From the NCBI GenBank assembly GCA_020627505.1, contig JAHDGS010000002.1, forward strand, positions 4,213 through 68,212: a stretch of DNA of 64,000 nucleotides, read 5' to 3'. Origin of the DNA: Myxococcota bacterium (GTDB lineage: Bacteria > Myxococcota > UBA727 > JAHDBA01). Made by a program: the position numbers and the translations under genes. Below the pieces are notes generated by a model that saw only the letters and a program-made list of their open reading frames with translations, ran no database searches and was not told the origin of the DNA. Shown here in pieces: positions 50,298-60,252 of the stretch. The stretch's first letter is position 1. Every line of letters starts with the position of its first letter.

Positions 50298-51947
50298 TTA
50301 GTGTTTTGAGTTGATGGAGTCGCTCAATTGCAAAAAGAACTGCTTCCCTTTTTGAGTCAACGCCTCACCCTCAAGATAGCCATGTGTCCTTAATAATTCC
50401 GAAGTCATATCATGTTCTGATAACCGATGGATAAGCCTTGTGACGACTATACTCGAATCGTGTTTATCATTATCTTCTTCTTGGATCTTGAAAATTGTGT
50501 TGAGTGTTTCTAGTTGTTCTTCACCAAGTTCAAAATAAGATGTATTTTCAATTTCTTTCATAAATGCGTCAGCAAATAGATAACCAATTAAATCCAATCC
50601 ATGCCGTCTCGGGTGAACCATATCATCATGCATCCAACCGCGCTTGGCGAGTTTTTTGATCGCGCCACGTCCGCCCATCGCTTCAAATGTATTCCAATAA
50701 GCACAGCCGAGTTCTAATGACTTTGTCTTGAATAATTGATTGATGGGCTTCAGTTGCTTGCGGGTGATATATCGCGGATTTTGCGATAATGGGTAAATAT
50801 TCTCGATTGGACCAATGATAATGCATTCTGCCCGTGGGAGAATAGAACGAATTTCAGAAATGCGATCTTCAATTCCTTCTTCTATCTTTTTAAGCGTTCT
50901 TTTACCCCAAGCTAAACGCTTAATCTCATTCCCGCCAAGCGAAAATATAATGAGGTCTGAATCAAGGGCTGATAGCTGTTTTCGAACTAGCGCAGGATCT
51001 CTTTTTTCAAAAGTGACAAAGTCCGCGGCTGGTACACCAAATGTATCAACAATGACGCCTGGCTGTTCCATTTCTAATGAAAGTCCATGAACGACGTATC
51101 CACCCTTTCCGGTCAGTTTTACCTTTTCGACGTGTTCAGGAATAGGAATAGAATGCTGACCATGCCCTTTCACCGAATCGATGGTCATCACAAAATCCTG
51201 ACCGACTAATCGAGGTTGATGTGATTCTTCGATATGAATGGACTCAATAAAGGGCCTGATGATTTTTTCTTTTTTCGTGAAGAAGGTCGCTGATGCCGAA
51301 CGGTGCTTTGGGGCGACATGCAATACACCCGCGAGCCCATGCGGGTATTCTCCAAATGAACCCATCGCAATATTGTGGGTCTTAAAGCCGCGCGCATATT
51401 TGCCGGTTCGCGTTCGACGACCATACTCTGCCATCCGATCGGCCAGCATCCATCCACGCCCACCATCACCGAAGTGATGCTGAAATGTGTCACGAATGAC
51501 ATCAATGATATGATCTGAAGCAATCAACGAGTTACCAAAAACCGAAATTCGAAAGTGACGACTCGCATCATAAGTTGAAAATTGCTGCTGTCGCATGTCC
51601 TGCAATCGCGATAGTCTTAATCGACTGTAGGAAAGTGCATCAATGATGCAGTGACCATCAAGTTTTAAATTACACGGTATATCAAGGAATGCAGAAGGCA
51701 TCCTCATCTTTTGCGCAGTTGCTCGCGACCGCTTAACCGGCTTCATCGGAACATATTTGTATGCTTGTGCAAGGATCGGCATACTTGCCTGAAGCTGATT
51801 CAATGCTTTTTCTTCTGGTGTCACTTCTGGAGGAGACACTTTAATCTGGCGATTATCATTTTCAGTGACATCGACTTGATGCTTTTCACCACATGCCAAG
51901 AATATTGTTAGATAAGGTATACATCCTAAATAAATGAGCCCGCGCAT
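50298..51947 (-). CDS. Lipoprotein with a C-terminal SGNH/GDSL-hydrolase-like domain
   Basis: Lipobox LACG. The C-terminal region has a GGNE block and a DDMVHP (D-x-x-H) block typical of the SGNH fold. The assignment is tentative. Confidence 0.4.
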   Translation of the reverse strand: MRGLIYLGCIPYLTIFLACGEKHQVDVTENDNRQIKVSPPEVTPEEKALNQLQASMPILAQAYKYVPMKPVKRSRATAQKMRMPSAFLDIPCNLKLDGHCIIDALSYSRLRLSRLQDMRQQQFSTYDASRHFRISVFGNSLIASDHIIDVIRDTFQHHFGDGGRGWMLADRMAEYGRRTRTGKYARGFKTHNIAMGSFGEYPHGLAGVLHVAPKHRSASATFFTKKEKIIRPFIESIHIEESHQPRLVGQDFVMTIDSVKGHGQHSIPIPEHVEKVKLTGKGGYVVHGLSLEMEQPGVIVDTFGVPAADFVTFEKRDPALVRKQLSALDSDLIIFSLGGNEIKRLAWGKRTLKKIEEGIEDRISEIRSILPRAECIIIGPIENIYPLSQNPRYITRKQLKPINQLFKTKSLELGCAYWNTFEAMGGRGAIKKLAKRGWMHDDMVHPRRHGLDLIGYLFADAFMKEIENTSYFELGEEQLETLNTIFKIQEEDNDKHDSSIVVTRLIHRLSEHDMTSELLRTHGYLEGEALTQKGKQFFLQLSDSINSKH

Positions 51948-51991
51948 GACAGAAGCATAAGTGATTTATGAAATAAGGTGAATCAGAGAAC

Positions 51992-52397
51992 AAAAAAATC
52001 CGGCGCAAAGGCCGGATTAAAAGGGGAAGTTGTTGAGATAGTTTGTCTATCTACTATGCCGTTTCTTGGCATCAGGGTTTTCGTCATATATATGAATAAA
52101 ATTGGGGATCTTATTTATCCGTCAAATGACCGATAAAAAAACATGAATGGTCGAAGTGAAAAATCAAATATCGTTCGTCTTCTATCCTGTAGGCAGAAAA
52201 GTCCTCACGGAAATGATGCCTCCTATATGTGTGTTCTAAAACGTCCTGGTTCGCCAGGCGTTTTTTTGGTGAAACCACAACATGTCGTGACGAAAATAGT
52301 GGAGATATGAAACCTCTCTATGAGGGAATAACCTTCAAGGAAATGACCTCCGATATGTGTGTTCAGAAGTGCCGGCCTTGGTCGGCACTTCGTTTTT
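51992..52397 (+). repeat. Copy C of the repeat family: full core (51992-52267) plus extension module (52268-52397)
   Basis: See copy A. The extension ends in its own 9-bp hairpin (gaagtgccg...cggcacttc) followed by GTTTTT. Its last 60 nt are a diverged duplicate of the core's 3' end. Confidence 0.85.
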
Positions 52398-52417
52398 ATC
52401 ATGTATTTTACTGCCAC

Positions 52418-52696
52418 AAAAAAATCCGGCGCAAAGGCCGGATTAAAAGGGGAAGTTGTTGAGATAGTTAATCTATCTATAAAGAGATTTTTCCACACAA
52501 GTCTTTTCGTCATATATATGAAGAAAATTGGTCATTTTATTTGTCCGTCAAATAACCGATAAAAAATATGAATGGTCGAAGTGAAAAATCGAAGATTGTT
52601 CGTCTTCTATTGTGTAGGCGGAAAAGTCCTCACGGAAATGATGCCTCCGATATGTGTGTTTTTCTAAAACGTCCTGGTTCGCCAGGTTTTTTTTTT
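52418..52696 (+). repeat. Copy D of the repeat family (core only), in tandem with copy C
   Basis: Starts 20 bp after copy C with the same A-run/hairpin atccggcGCAAAGgccggat. Ends with cctggTTCGccagg plus a T10 run. Confidence 0.85.
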
Positions 52697-52720
52697 ATGG
52701 CAATTTGTTAGGGAGAACCT

Positions 52721-53497
52721 CTAATCCAGCTTGTATTTGACCCCAACTGAAAGCGTTGAGTCTGGGTTCAGACCATCTCCAAGTTCTCCGGCTGCGATAG
52801 CTGTTGAACCTCGAAAGGACAGCGCTGCCGAATCTGACACATCATAATCAACACGCGCAGCAAGCCTAAATACAGCGCCATACGAATCTTCCCCCGGGGC
52901 GATATCTAAATTTTTTAAGACACTAAGTGTCGGTTTTGCTTCGAGATATAATGTTCGACCGCCACCACCGATATATTGAGAGAGCTGAGATACCATGCCA
53001 TCGATATGTAGCCCCACATTCCCTTGACCAAAGGCGACACCTGCACCAAGCGTTGAGGCTGTCTTTTGCCCTCGAATCACACCACCGATATTGATCATAT
53101 TCAAGCCATCATCAAACTCATACGCAATGGAGGGAAGATTCATATCCCAGTAGTCACTCGCAAGAGCGACTCTGAGCTCGGCATGCTCAAGGTTCGTATG
53201 CCCATTAAAATCACTGGCAAATTCAATTCCTGCACGTCCAAGTAACATGTCAGACGTCCCCTCAGAATCATAGTCCTGAATCATGAACGAATATTCACTA
53301 CCAAAAGTCATTTGTGGTGTTCGATCGACTGTAGCCCCTAAGTTGATAGCAACCCCACGCGTATAGCCGCTTAAGTCTCTATTCGGTGGATCTGTCTCTT
53401 CCGTTGCCTCTGAATTTTGTGTCGACTGATTTTCGACAGATATTTCATTTTTCGTTTGAGGGGGAATAATATTCTGAACTCGATTATTAATCTTCAT
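52721..53497 (-). CDS. Hypothetical protein (258 aa), last gene of the ppk1 operon
   Basis: Gly-rich with alternating-hydrophobic segments. No clear signal peptide. Confidence 0.4.
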   Translation of the reverse strand: MKINNRVQNIIPPQTKNEISVENQSTQNSEATEETDPPNRDLSGYTRGVAINLGATVDRTPQMTFGSEYSFMIQDYDSEGTSDMLLGRAGIEFASDFNGHTNLEHAELRVALASDYWDMNLPSIAYEFDDGLNMINIGGVIRGQKTASTLGAGVAFGQGNVGLHIDGMVSQLSQYIGGGGRTLYLEAKPTLSVLKNLDIAPGEDSYGAVFRLAARVDYDVSDSAALSFRGSTAIAAGELGDGLNPDSTLSVGVKYKLD

Positions 53498-53660
53498 AAG
53501 GACTCCGATCGTAACATCCGATTCTCATTCGGCGCCCTGATAGATTATCAGAGACAAGTATATTTTTCTCATCCTTCACTTATATGGCTAAGTCTGAGAC
53601 GGTTATTCCTTCTCAATTAAGCTTTTCAAGTCAATATTAGGATAAATTGGCCGTACCAGA

Positions 53661-54665
53661 TTAATTCCCGATCTTCGGCAAAACCACAACAGGTTGATCG
53701 ATATACCACGATAGTAAACGATTCACACGAACACGACACCGCAAGATCCACATCAACGAGGCATTATCCACACCTCTTAAAAATTTGTCTTTTGTATTTG
53801 CGAAGGATTGCCACGAGTATATTTGTCGATGTGGACAGACAACTTGGTCTTCTATCTTATAAAAACCTTCGCGAGGACAGTCTCCCGTAAACAGTCTTTT
53901 CTTCACATGCGTATGTTCATGCTGGATTGATTTACGATGCTTTCCTTTACCCACATAAACGACCTCTTTATGTAATAACTCGATGGAGAGTAAATCAATC
54001 GGCAACTTTCTATATATCTCACCTTGTATTCGAAAAGAAACAGTATCGCCAGGCGTGATATAACCCGGGTCGATGTCAAGAAGAACGGTTCCATATCTGA
54101 GCTTTGTCCACCGCTCCAATGGAATATCTCGCATGCGAACAATATATGGGGCAGACATATTTCGATGCGCTTCGATCTCGTCGGCACTCGGCTCATGATT
54201 ATCGTAGTCTCTCACAACCGGGATGACCATCCCACGTTCGCCTGAGACACTCATATTTTGATCCAGCATGGACTGCTCGAACTGACCATAATGTCTTGGC
54301 CATGCTTGCTTTATCTCAACTTCTTTGCTTGTTTTCGCATCAATTGCCCAAGGCCGATCGATCACAACTGAGATTTCATGTGCTATCTCTAGATACACCC
54401 CTCTGTATGTAATGGGTCCATTTGGACGTATGAACTCAAATGTCTCTATGTGTTTATCATTGGCAGCAAGCTTGATTTTAACTTTTTTGGTTTGTTGAGC
54501 GAGTACATAAGTATCAACCGACCGATCTCGTCTAACACGAAGCGATAAGATGATCTTTAATCCATTTACGTTCTCGGGTATTGAACCAGTCTCAAGCACA
54601 ACACGCCCCGTCAATCGACGACGGTCTATATCATTCTCTATGATTTCAATTTTTGGAATTATCAT
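53661..54665 (-). CDS. Hypothetical protein (334 aa)
   Basis: Its start overlaps the PAP2 stop by 1 nt (translational coupling). No recognisable motif. Confidence 0.45.
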   Translation of the reverse strand: MIIPKIEIIENDIDRRRLTGRVVLETGSIPENVNGLKIILSLRVRRDRSVDTYVLAQQTKKVKIKLAANDKHIETFEFIRPNGPITYRGVYLEIAHEISVVIDRPWAIDAKTSKEVEIKQAWPRHYGQFEQSMLDQNMSVSGERGMVIPVVRDYDNHEPSADEIEAHRNMSAPYIVRMRDIPLERWTKLRYGTVLLDIDPGYITPGDTVSFRIQGEIYRKLPIDLLSIELLHKEVVYVGKGKHRKSIQHEHTHVKKRLFTGDCPREGFYKIEDQVVCPHRQIYSWQSFANTKDKFLRGVDNASLMWILRCRVRVNRLLSWYIDQPVVVLPKIGN

Positions 54666-55615
54666 CAGAAATCCGCTCCGATCGATAGTCCAATAGACTG
54701 CAATCCTATCAATGGCTGTACCTTGATTGATGCTTTCTGAATGAAAAGCTGACGATGATGTCGAAGAAAGAACGTACTCGCTACGCCAAGGCCAATGACC
54801 GCTCCCACCAGCACATCAGATAAGTGGTGCTTATTATCAGTCATACGTGTACTTGCCACCCAGCCAGCACCAGTCAGTAATAGAAGTTGCCCAAGCAGTG
54901 CGACTGTTTTTGAGCGCCGGGTCCGATTTTTGGCCCAGACAAATGCTTCTCCCAGCATCAGTGCACCGTAGCCAGCCATTGCGAACGCATTAGATGTATG
55001 CCCAGAAATAAAGCTTTTTCGAACATCAGATAATTCATCATTGAGGTGCATATCACAGTTCGCCTCGGGGCTTTCACAACCAAGAGATCTATAGACTTGA
55101 AGAAAGTTTGGTCTCAAACGACCAAAGCTCAACTTGAAGCCCTCTGTGAGCACATGTGTGCTCACCAAGGTCTCGGCAAGTCCAAGAAATGCACGTGGCC
55201 ATTGCGACGTTTTTGCAGCCTCCGAATGCATGGCAATAGCTGTCGCGGCAAGAGCACTCCCCGTAAATATCGACGCAGAAACCACTGTCGGGACAGTCGA
55301 GCCTGTACTCATTCGATTGATCGACTCAGGTCGTTCGCCATCAATCACATTCGATAGTTTTGGACCAATCCATGCATTTTTATTTGGAGATAACTGTGTG
55401 AATCCTGCTGAAATTAGCAAGCCACCGCCTAGTAGGGTCATGTCAGTTGCTATATTTGATTGAAATTGTTTATTGTCCAATGACACGTCTTCATATGACC
55501 AAACTGAACGAGAGATAAACGCACAATACAATACAAATAACGTTTTTAAACACGTGTTCAAAACATTACGACCTTTTCTTGGCACGTGATTTTTTCTTCG
55601 CCACTTTCGCTTCAC
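54665..55615 (-). CDS. PAP2 superfamily phosphatase (phosphatidic acid phosphatase type 2 / haloperoxidase fold)
   Basis: Three PAP2 motifs: KLSFGRLRP, SGHTS and SRMTDNKHHLSD. The annotated start overlaps the ppk1 3' end by 50 nt, so the real start may lie downstream. Confidence 0.7.
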   Translation of the reverse strand: MKRKWRRKNHVPRKGRNVLNTCLKTLFVLYCAFISRSVWSYEDVSLDNKQFQSNIATDMTLLGGGLLISAGFTQLSPNKNAWIGPKLSNVIDGERPESINRMSTGSTVPTVVSASIFTGSALAATAIAMHSEAAKTSQWPRAFLGLAETLVSTHVLTEGFKLSFGRLRPNFLQVYRSLGCESPEANCDMHLNDELSDVRKSFISGHTSNAFAMAGYGALMLGEAFVWAKNRTRRSKTVALLGQLLLLTGAGWVASTRMTDNKHHLSDVLVGAVIGLGVASTFFLRHHRQLFIQKASIKVQPLIGLQSIGLSIGADF

Positions 55616-57713
55616 TATTTTGAAAGTGCTTCATCAATCGTCGCTGTGGGTTTTGTTTGATCGACACTGATTCGTCGCGGTGGTATCGACCAAGTGCATC
55701 AAGTTGCCAGCAATCAGTCGGCGCCGATAAATAAACATCGATACATTCACGCATAATTCGTTTACGTATCTTTTTATCAAGAATCGGTACCATATGTTCG
55801 AAGCGTTTAAACATATTACGTTCCATCACATCTGCACTTGACAACCAAATAGACATTTTGTCCTCAACACCAAATGCAAACACGCGGCTATGCTCTAAAT
55901 ATCGACCAAGGACAGAGAATACACGTATATTTTCAGAGAGCCCTTTGACACCCGGCTTAAGTCGACACATGCCTCGAATGATCAAATCGATATCAACGCC
56001 AGCCTGACTCGCTTTATAGAGCGCCTTAATAATCTTGGGTTCGATCAGTGAGTTGCATTTTATCACGATTCGTGCGGGCTTACCTTTTTCGGCTCGCTCT
56101 CGCTCGCGATCAATCTTTTTGAGCAACTGAGGATGAATATTCAATGGCGACAACCACACATGGTTCATTGGCGGCATCGACTGTTGCCCCGTTAAGCAAC
56201 CAAATGCCATATGAATTTCATCAGCAATAGATTGTTCTGCTGTAAATAGGCTCAAGTCGGTATAATGAAGGGCTGTGCCTTTATGATAATTGCCGGTCGA
56301 CAGGTGAACGTAGCCTTTTAATTTTCCTTTGGTTCGGCGAACGATATGGATCATTTTCGCATGGGTTTTATAGCCCATCAATCCATAAGAAACATTGGCA
56401 CCTGATTCTTGAAGTTGTGCTGCAAAATCGATATTCGCAGCCTCATCAAACCGCGCCTTGATTTCGATTACTGCAGTGACTTCTTTACCTTGCCGCGCTG
56501 CGCGTTTGAGTGCTTCCACAACATCAGAGTTTGATGCTGTTCTGTAGAGGGTCATTTTTATTGCGAGAACATCTGGATCGTCAGCGGCATGGTTCAGCCA
56601 ATCGATCACATGTGTAAAGCTTTGAAAAGGCCGATGGACAAAAATGTCACCATGATCGATCGCTTCGAAAATCGAGCGCCCCTCAATTTTTTTATTTAAT
56701 CTGGGTAAAAACACCTTATCTCTTAGATCTGCATGTGGCTCTGTCGCCGCATAAAGCTCCATCAATCGATGCAGGTTTACAGGTCCATTTACTTTAAAAA
56801 CACGTGAAGGGGCTAAATCGAATTCAGATAATAAGTGCTCTATCACTTCTGGTTGACAATCAGCCGCAATTTCAAGACGTACAGGTTCGCCATACGAACG
56901 ATGATGCAGTTGGCCTTTGTAGGCTTTTAAAAGATCGTCAACATCTTCATCGGTGACGCCAATATCAGAGTCTCGCGTGACACGAAACGGCCATGCACCC
57001 AATACGCGCATTCCAGGAAAAAGCTGATCGATATTCGCGCGAACAATGGAAGAAAGCAGCACATATTCATGTTCTTGTTCTTTACGCTTAATTCGAATCA
57101 CCCGTGGCAACGAACGTGGTATCCGAACAATTGCGATTTCATTGCTTCGTCCAAAATCATCCGTCCCTTCGAGGCGGACGACATAATTGAGACTCTTATT
57201 TTGAACTTTCGGAAATGGGTGCGCTGGATCGAGGGCAATTGGACTCAACACGGGATACACGTCCTGACGGAAAAGCTCGGATACCCACAGATGTGTTTCT
57301 TCAGACCAGTCTTTTCGCTGCAGTAAATGAATCCCTTTTTTAGCCAGTTGTGGTATCAGCTCCGTATTATAAAACCGATACTGTTCCGAAACCATCGCGC
57401 GCGTGAATGCATTGACTCGCTCAAGTGTTTCAACTGTTGTCAGACCATCTATGCCTTTTTTATTCAGCCCGAGATCGATTTTCTCTAGTAAGCGCGCATA
57501 CCTTGTTTCGAAAAATTCATCGAGATTGCTTGACGATATCGCGAGAAACTTAAGACGTTCCAACACTGGAATATCTTCTCGCATCGCCATTTGAAGGACC
57601 CGATGGTGGAATTGTAACAAACTGATATCTCGGCTTAAAAATGGATCGACACCATCTTGGCGAACAATATTGTCGAGCGCATCCAGATGCGCTTGATTAG
57701 ATACAACGTCCAT
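55566..57713 (-). CDS. ppk: Polyphosphate kinase 1
   Basis: 715 aa. N-terminal PPK1 motif (DISLLQFHHRVLQMA ... LKFLAISSSNLDEFFE) and two PLD-like HKD-type domains (YGLMGYKTHAKM). Confidence 0.9.
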   Translation of the reverse strand: MDVVSNQAHLDALDNIVRQDGVDPFLSRDISLLQFHHRVLQMAMREDIPVLERLKFLAISSSNLDEFFETRYARLLEKIDLGLNKKGIDGLTTVETLERVNAFTRAMVSEQYRFYNTELIPQLAKKGIHLLQRKDWSEETHLWVSELFRQDVYPVLSPIALDPAHPFPKVQNKSLNYVVRLEGTDDFGRSNEIAIVRIPRSLPRVIRIKRKEQEHEYVLLSSIVRANIDQLFPGMRVLGAWPFRVTRDSDIGVTDEDVDDLLKAYKGQLHHRSYGEPVRLEIAADCQPEVIEHLLSEFDLAPSRVFKVNGPVNLHRLMELYAATEPHADLRDKVFLPRLNKKIEGRSIFEAIDHGDIFVHRPFQSFTHVIDWLNHAADDPDVLAIKMTLYRTASNSDVVEALKRAARQGKEVTAVIEIKARFDEAANIDFAAQLQESGANVSYGLMGYKTHAKMIHIVRRTKGKLKGYVHLSTGNYHKGTALHYTDLSLFTAEQSIADEIHMAFGCLTGQQSMPPMNHVWLSPLNIHPQLLKKIDRERERAEKGKPARIVIKCNSLIEPKIIKALYKASQAGVDIDLIIRGMCRLKPGVKGLSENIRVFSVLGRYLEHSRVFAFGVEDKMSIWLSSADVMERNMFKRFEHMVPILDKKIRKRIMRECIDVYLSAPTDCWQLDALGRYHRDESVSIKQNPQRRLMKHFQNSEAKVAKKKSRAKKRS

Positions 57714-57816
57714 AAGAATGCATTAGCACAATTCGACCTCATGCACAGTGTTTTTGGCAAGAGCATATTCATTATCAATGCGTTTGACTCCAACATAAAA
57801 CGACATAGAATGAGAT

Positions 57817-58710
57817 ATGAAAACAGCAATTGTGACAGGTGCAAACTCAGGCATTGGCTTTGTGACTGCCCGAGAATTACTCAAAGATGGTTATCGTGTT
57901 CTATGCTTATCTCGCAATATGCGTAAACTCGATGCAGCTGTACAAAATCTAGCCACACAAACAGGCTCAAAAGAGTGTCTTGCCATTCGATGTGACCTCG
58001 CCTCATTTAAATCTATTCGAAATGCAGTTCAATCTGTCAAAGACTGTACTGATGAAATCCACTTACATATCAATAATGCTGGTTTAATTTTAAGTGAGCG
58101 ACAGATCACTGAAGATAGTCACGAAGCGACATTTCAGATCAATCATCTGGGTCCATTTCTGTTGACGCAATCTTTACTTCCGCTGATTGAAAAAGCAGCC
58201 GGGGCATCAGGAGATTGTTCACGTATCATTAATGTTTCATCGATCGCACACAAAGCCGGTCTCAAAAATTTTTGGGACTTCAAAGCTGAAAAATCTTATA
58301 AACAGTTTGATGTCTATGGTCGTTCGAAGCTGGCTAATATTCTGTATGCCAAAGCACTCGCGACACGTCTTGACCCGGCGATATGTACCGCGAACGCATT
58401 ACACCCTGGTGTCATCAAGTCTGCATTTGGCGCCGATGGCGATACCAAAGGTCTTTTTGCTTGGGGCGTCAAGTTGATGCCAAAGTTGCCTAACTTTATT
58501 TCTGGCTTGATGACCGTCGAACAAGGTGCCGAAACGACATTATACGTTGCGCGCTCAGAAGAGGGCAGTCAGGTCACCGGGCAATATTTTAAGAACAGCC
58601 GAATTGCAAAACCGAAGACTTTGGGCGACGAAGCGATCGAACGCTTTTATCACTATAGTTTAACGTGCAGCGGCGCACCTGAAATACCTGCTTCATTCTC
58701 TTCTCATTGA
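57817..58710 (+). CDS. SDR family oxidoreductase (retinol-dehydrogenase-like)
   Basis: TGANSGIG Rossmann motif, NNAG, and catalytic Y-x-x-x-K (YGRSK). Confidence 0.8.
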   Translation: MKTAIVTGANSGIGFVTARELLKDGYRVLCLSRNMRKLDAAVQNLATQTGSKECLAIRCDLASFKSIRNAVQSVKDCTDEIHLHINNAGLILSERQITEDSHEATFQINHLGPFLLTQSLLPLIEKAAGASGDCSRIINVSSIAHKAGLKNFWDFKAEKSYKQFDVYGRSKLANILYAKALATRLDPAICTANALHPGVIKSAFGADGDTKGLFAWGVKLMPKLPNFISGLMTVEQGAETTLYVARSEEGSQVTGQYFKNSRIAKPKTLGDEAIERFYHYSLTCSGAPEIPASFSSH

Positions 58711-59984
58711 GTGCTTTCTTTCTTCACATCAGATTTTATCTGTGACAACAAAATCTCAAAAGCATTCTCAGCGGTGGTTACAAACCCCCATGTTTGTCTT
58801 TGGTAATCAAGAGCTCGAGATGCGACTTGGCTTTTGATAGGGTGAACAACAGAATATGACTTGCGCCGAATTGCCTTCATCGACGCTTCCAAACCTGATA
58901 ATTTATACTGTAGTTCAAAAGCATTTTTTCGTAATAGCCCTTGATCAGAAAGTGTCGTGACGACCTCCTTACAGACCGTGAAGATATCCGCCAGCTCGGT
59001 ATCAATGTCATTTACCCCCTGCTGAGTACTCAACTCTTTTAACAACAAGGGTAGGTTCGTAAAATAACCAATTAAACCAGATTTCTGCGCATCATCATCT
59101 AGGATCTCTTCAAGCCGTGACCCTCTATCAGTCAGCGCCTCAACTTTTAAACAATGCTCTTCTATTTCCTCTTGTATCGTTTCACTACCGACCCATGCTT
59201 GGGCTATTTTTTCATACGAATCTTCCCCCGTGCTATCTTGCGTCGACATCTGGAAATGCATATGCTTCCACACCAATCTGGCAGCCTGTAACTGCATATA
59301 TTCATATCCTGGTTCAAGTTCGAGTTTAAGTTGATTATTTAAATCACACACCATCCAGCTGTCGGATGGCGCACTTGGACTGCTCTCAAACAATCTCTCT
59401 GTACGGGTGATTTGAATTTGTAGACGATGGACATCAAAGTATCCGTTCGTCATTTCCTGCCAAAAAGATGCCAAATCCTTCAAGATACTTTGATGTTCAT
59501 CTGCCAAACCATTCTGTGCCAACTTTTCAAGTTGTCTATCAAAATTCGAAATAATCTGCTCAAGCTCTGCAATTGGTTTTGACCGAATAGGGAGAGAATT
59601 TTCAGATTTGAGTATTTCTTGAAATAGATAGTTAATTTGAAGAATTGGTAAGTTCATTTGAACGAGTCTATCTCGTCGTTTTTGAATGATCTCATCAAGC
59701 TTTTCTTCTGGGATGCTTTCATTAGCCGCCAAATACGCATCGATGCTATGCCGGGCTCTTTCTTTGAGCTGTTCTATATTCAGCTTTTCAAGTCCTTCAA
59801 CAAACGCATGATGATCATGAAGCGCATCTAAATAGTCACTTATTTGCGGAGTCATCACCTTATCGAAGCCATAATGAAATTTAATATTTTGAAGATATTG
59901 ACCGAAACCATTAAGCAGTCCACGGCTCCGATTATTTAGCCTGTTGAATATCATAACTCCCCGACATCTTAAGACGAGCATCAA
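58704..59984 (-). CDS. Hypothetical protein (426 aa)
   Basis: Long ORF, mostly helical. No recognisable motif. Confidence 0.4.
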   Translation of the reverse strand: MMLVLRCRGVMIFNRLNNRSRGLLNGFGQYLQNIKFHYGFDKVMTPQISDYLDALHDHHAFVEGLEKLNIEQLKERARHSIDAYLAANESIPEEKLDEIIQKRRDRLVQMNLPILQINYLFQEILKSENSLPIRSKPIAELEQIISNFDRQLEKLAQNGLADEHQSILKDLASFWQEMTNGYFDVHRLQIQITRTERLFESSPSAPSDSWMVCDLNNQLKLELEPGYEYMQLQAARLVWKHMHFQMSTQDSTGEDSYEKIAQAWVGSETIQEEIEEHCLKVEALTDRGSRLEEILDDDAQKSGLIGYFTNLPLLLKELSTQQGVNDIDTELADIFTVCKEVVTTLSDQGLLRKNAFELQYKLSGLEASMKAIRRKSYSVVHPIKSQVASRALDYQRQTWGFVTTAENAFEILLSQIKSDVKKESTQ

Positions 59985-60252
59985 TTGAATTTTCGCTTCA
60001 ATAGCGACTCTACATCTATCTTTATTGGATCCTTGACCGATGCTTTCTTCTACTCAGAACAAGTCTGATGCAAAACATACTCAAAACATCATGATATACC
60101 ACGAAAGCGTCCTTAAGAACTCGAGATACTTATCAAGTATTTATCACCAGAAAAGTGATTTGGCAGCTTCATTATGCGAGACGCTGCTCATCACCTTTCC
60201 GAACTTGGGTAAGACGTCTTTTCAATATATCTTCCAATCGCTTGAACAAGCC

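Noticed and set aside
51992-52696. Could the tandem repeat be a CRISPR array?
   Set aside because: The units are ~275 bp rather than 25-40 bp, they are separated by only 20 bp rather than by unique spacers, and no cas genes are present.
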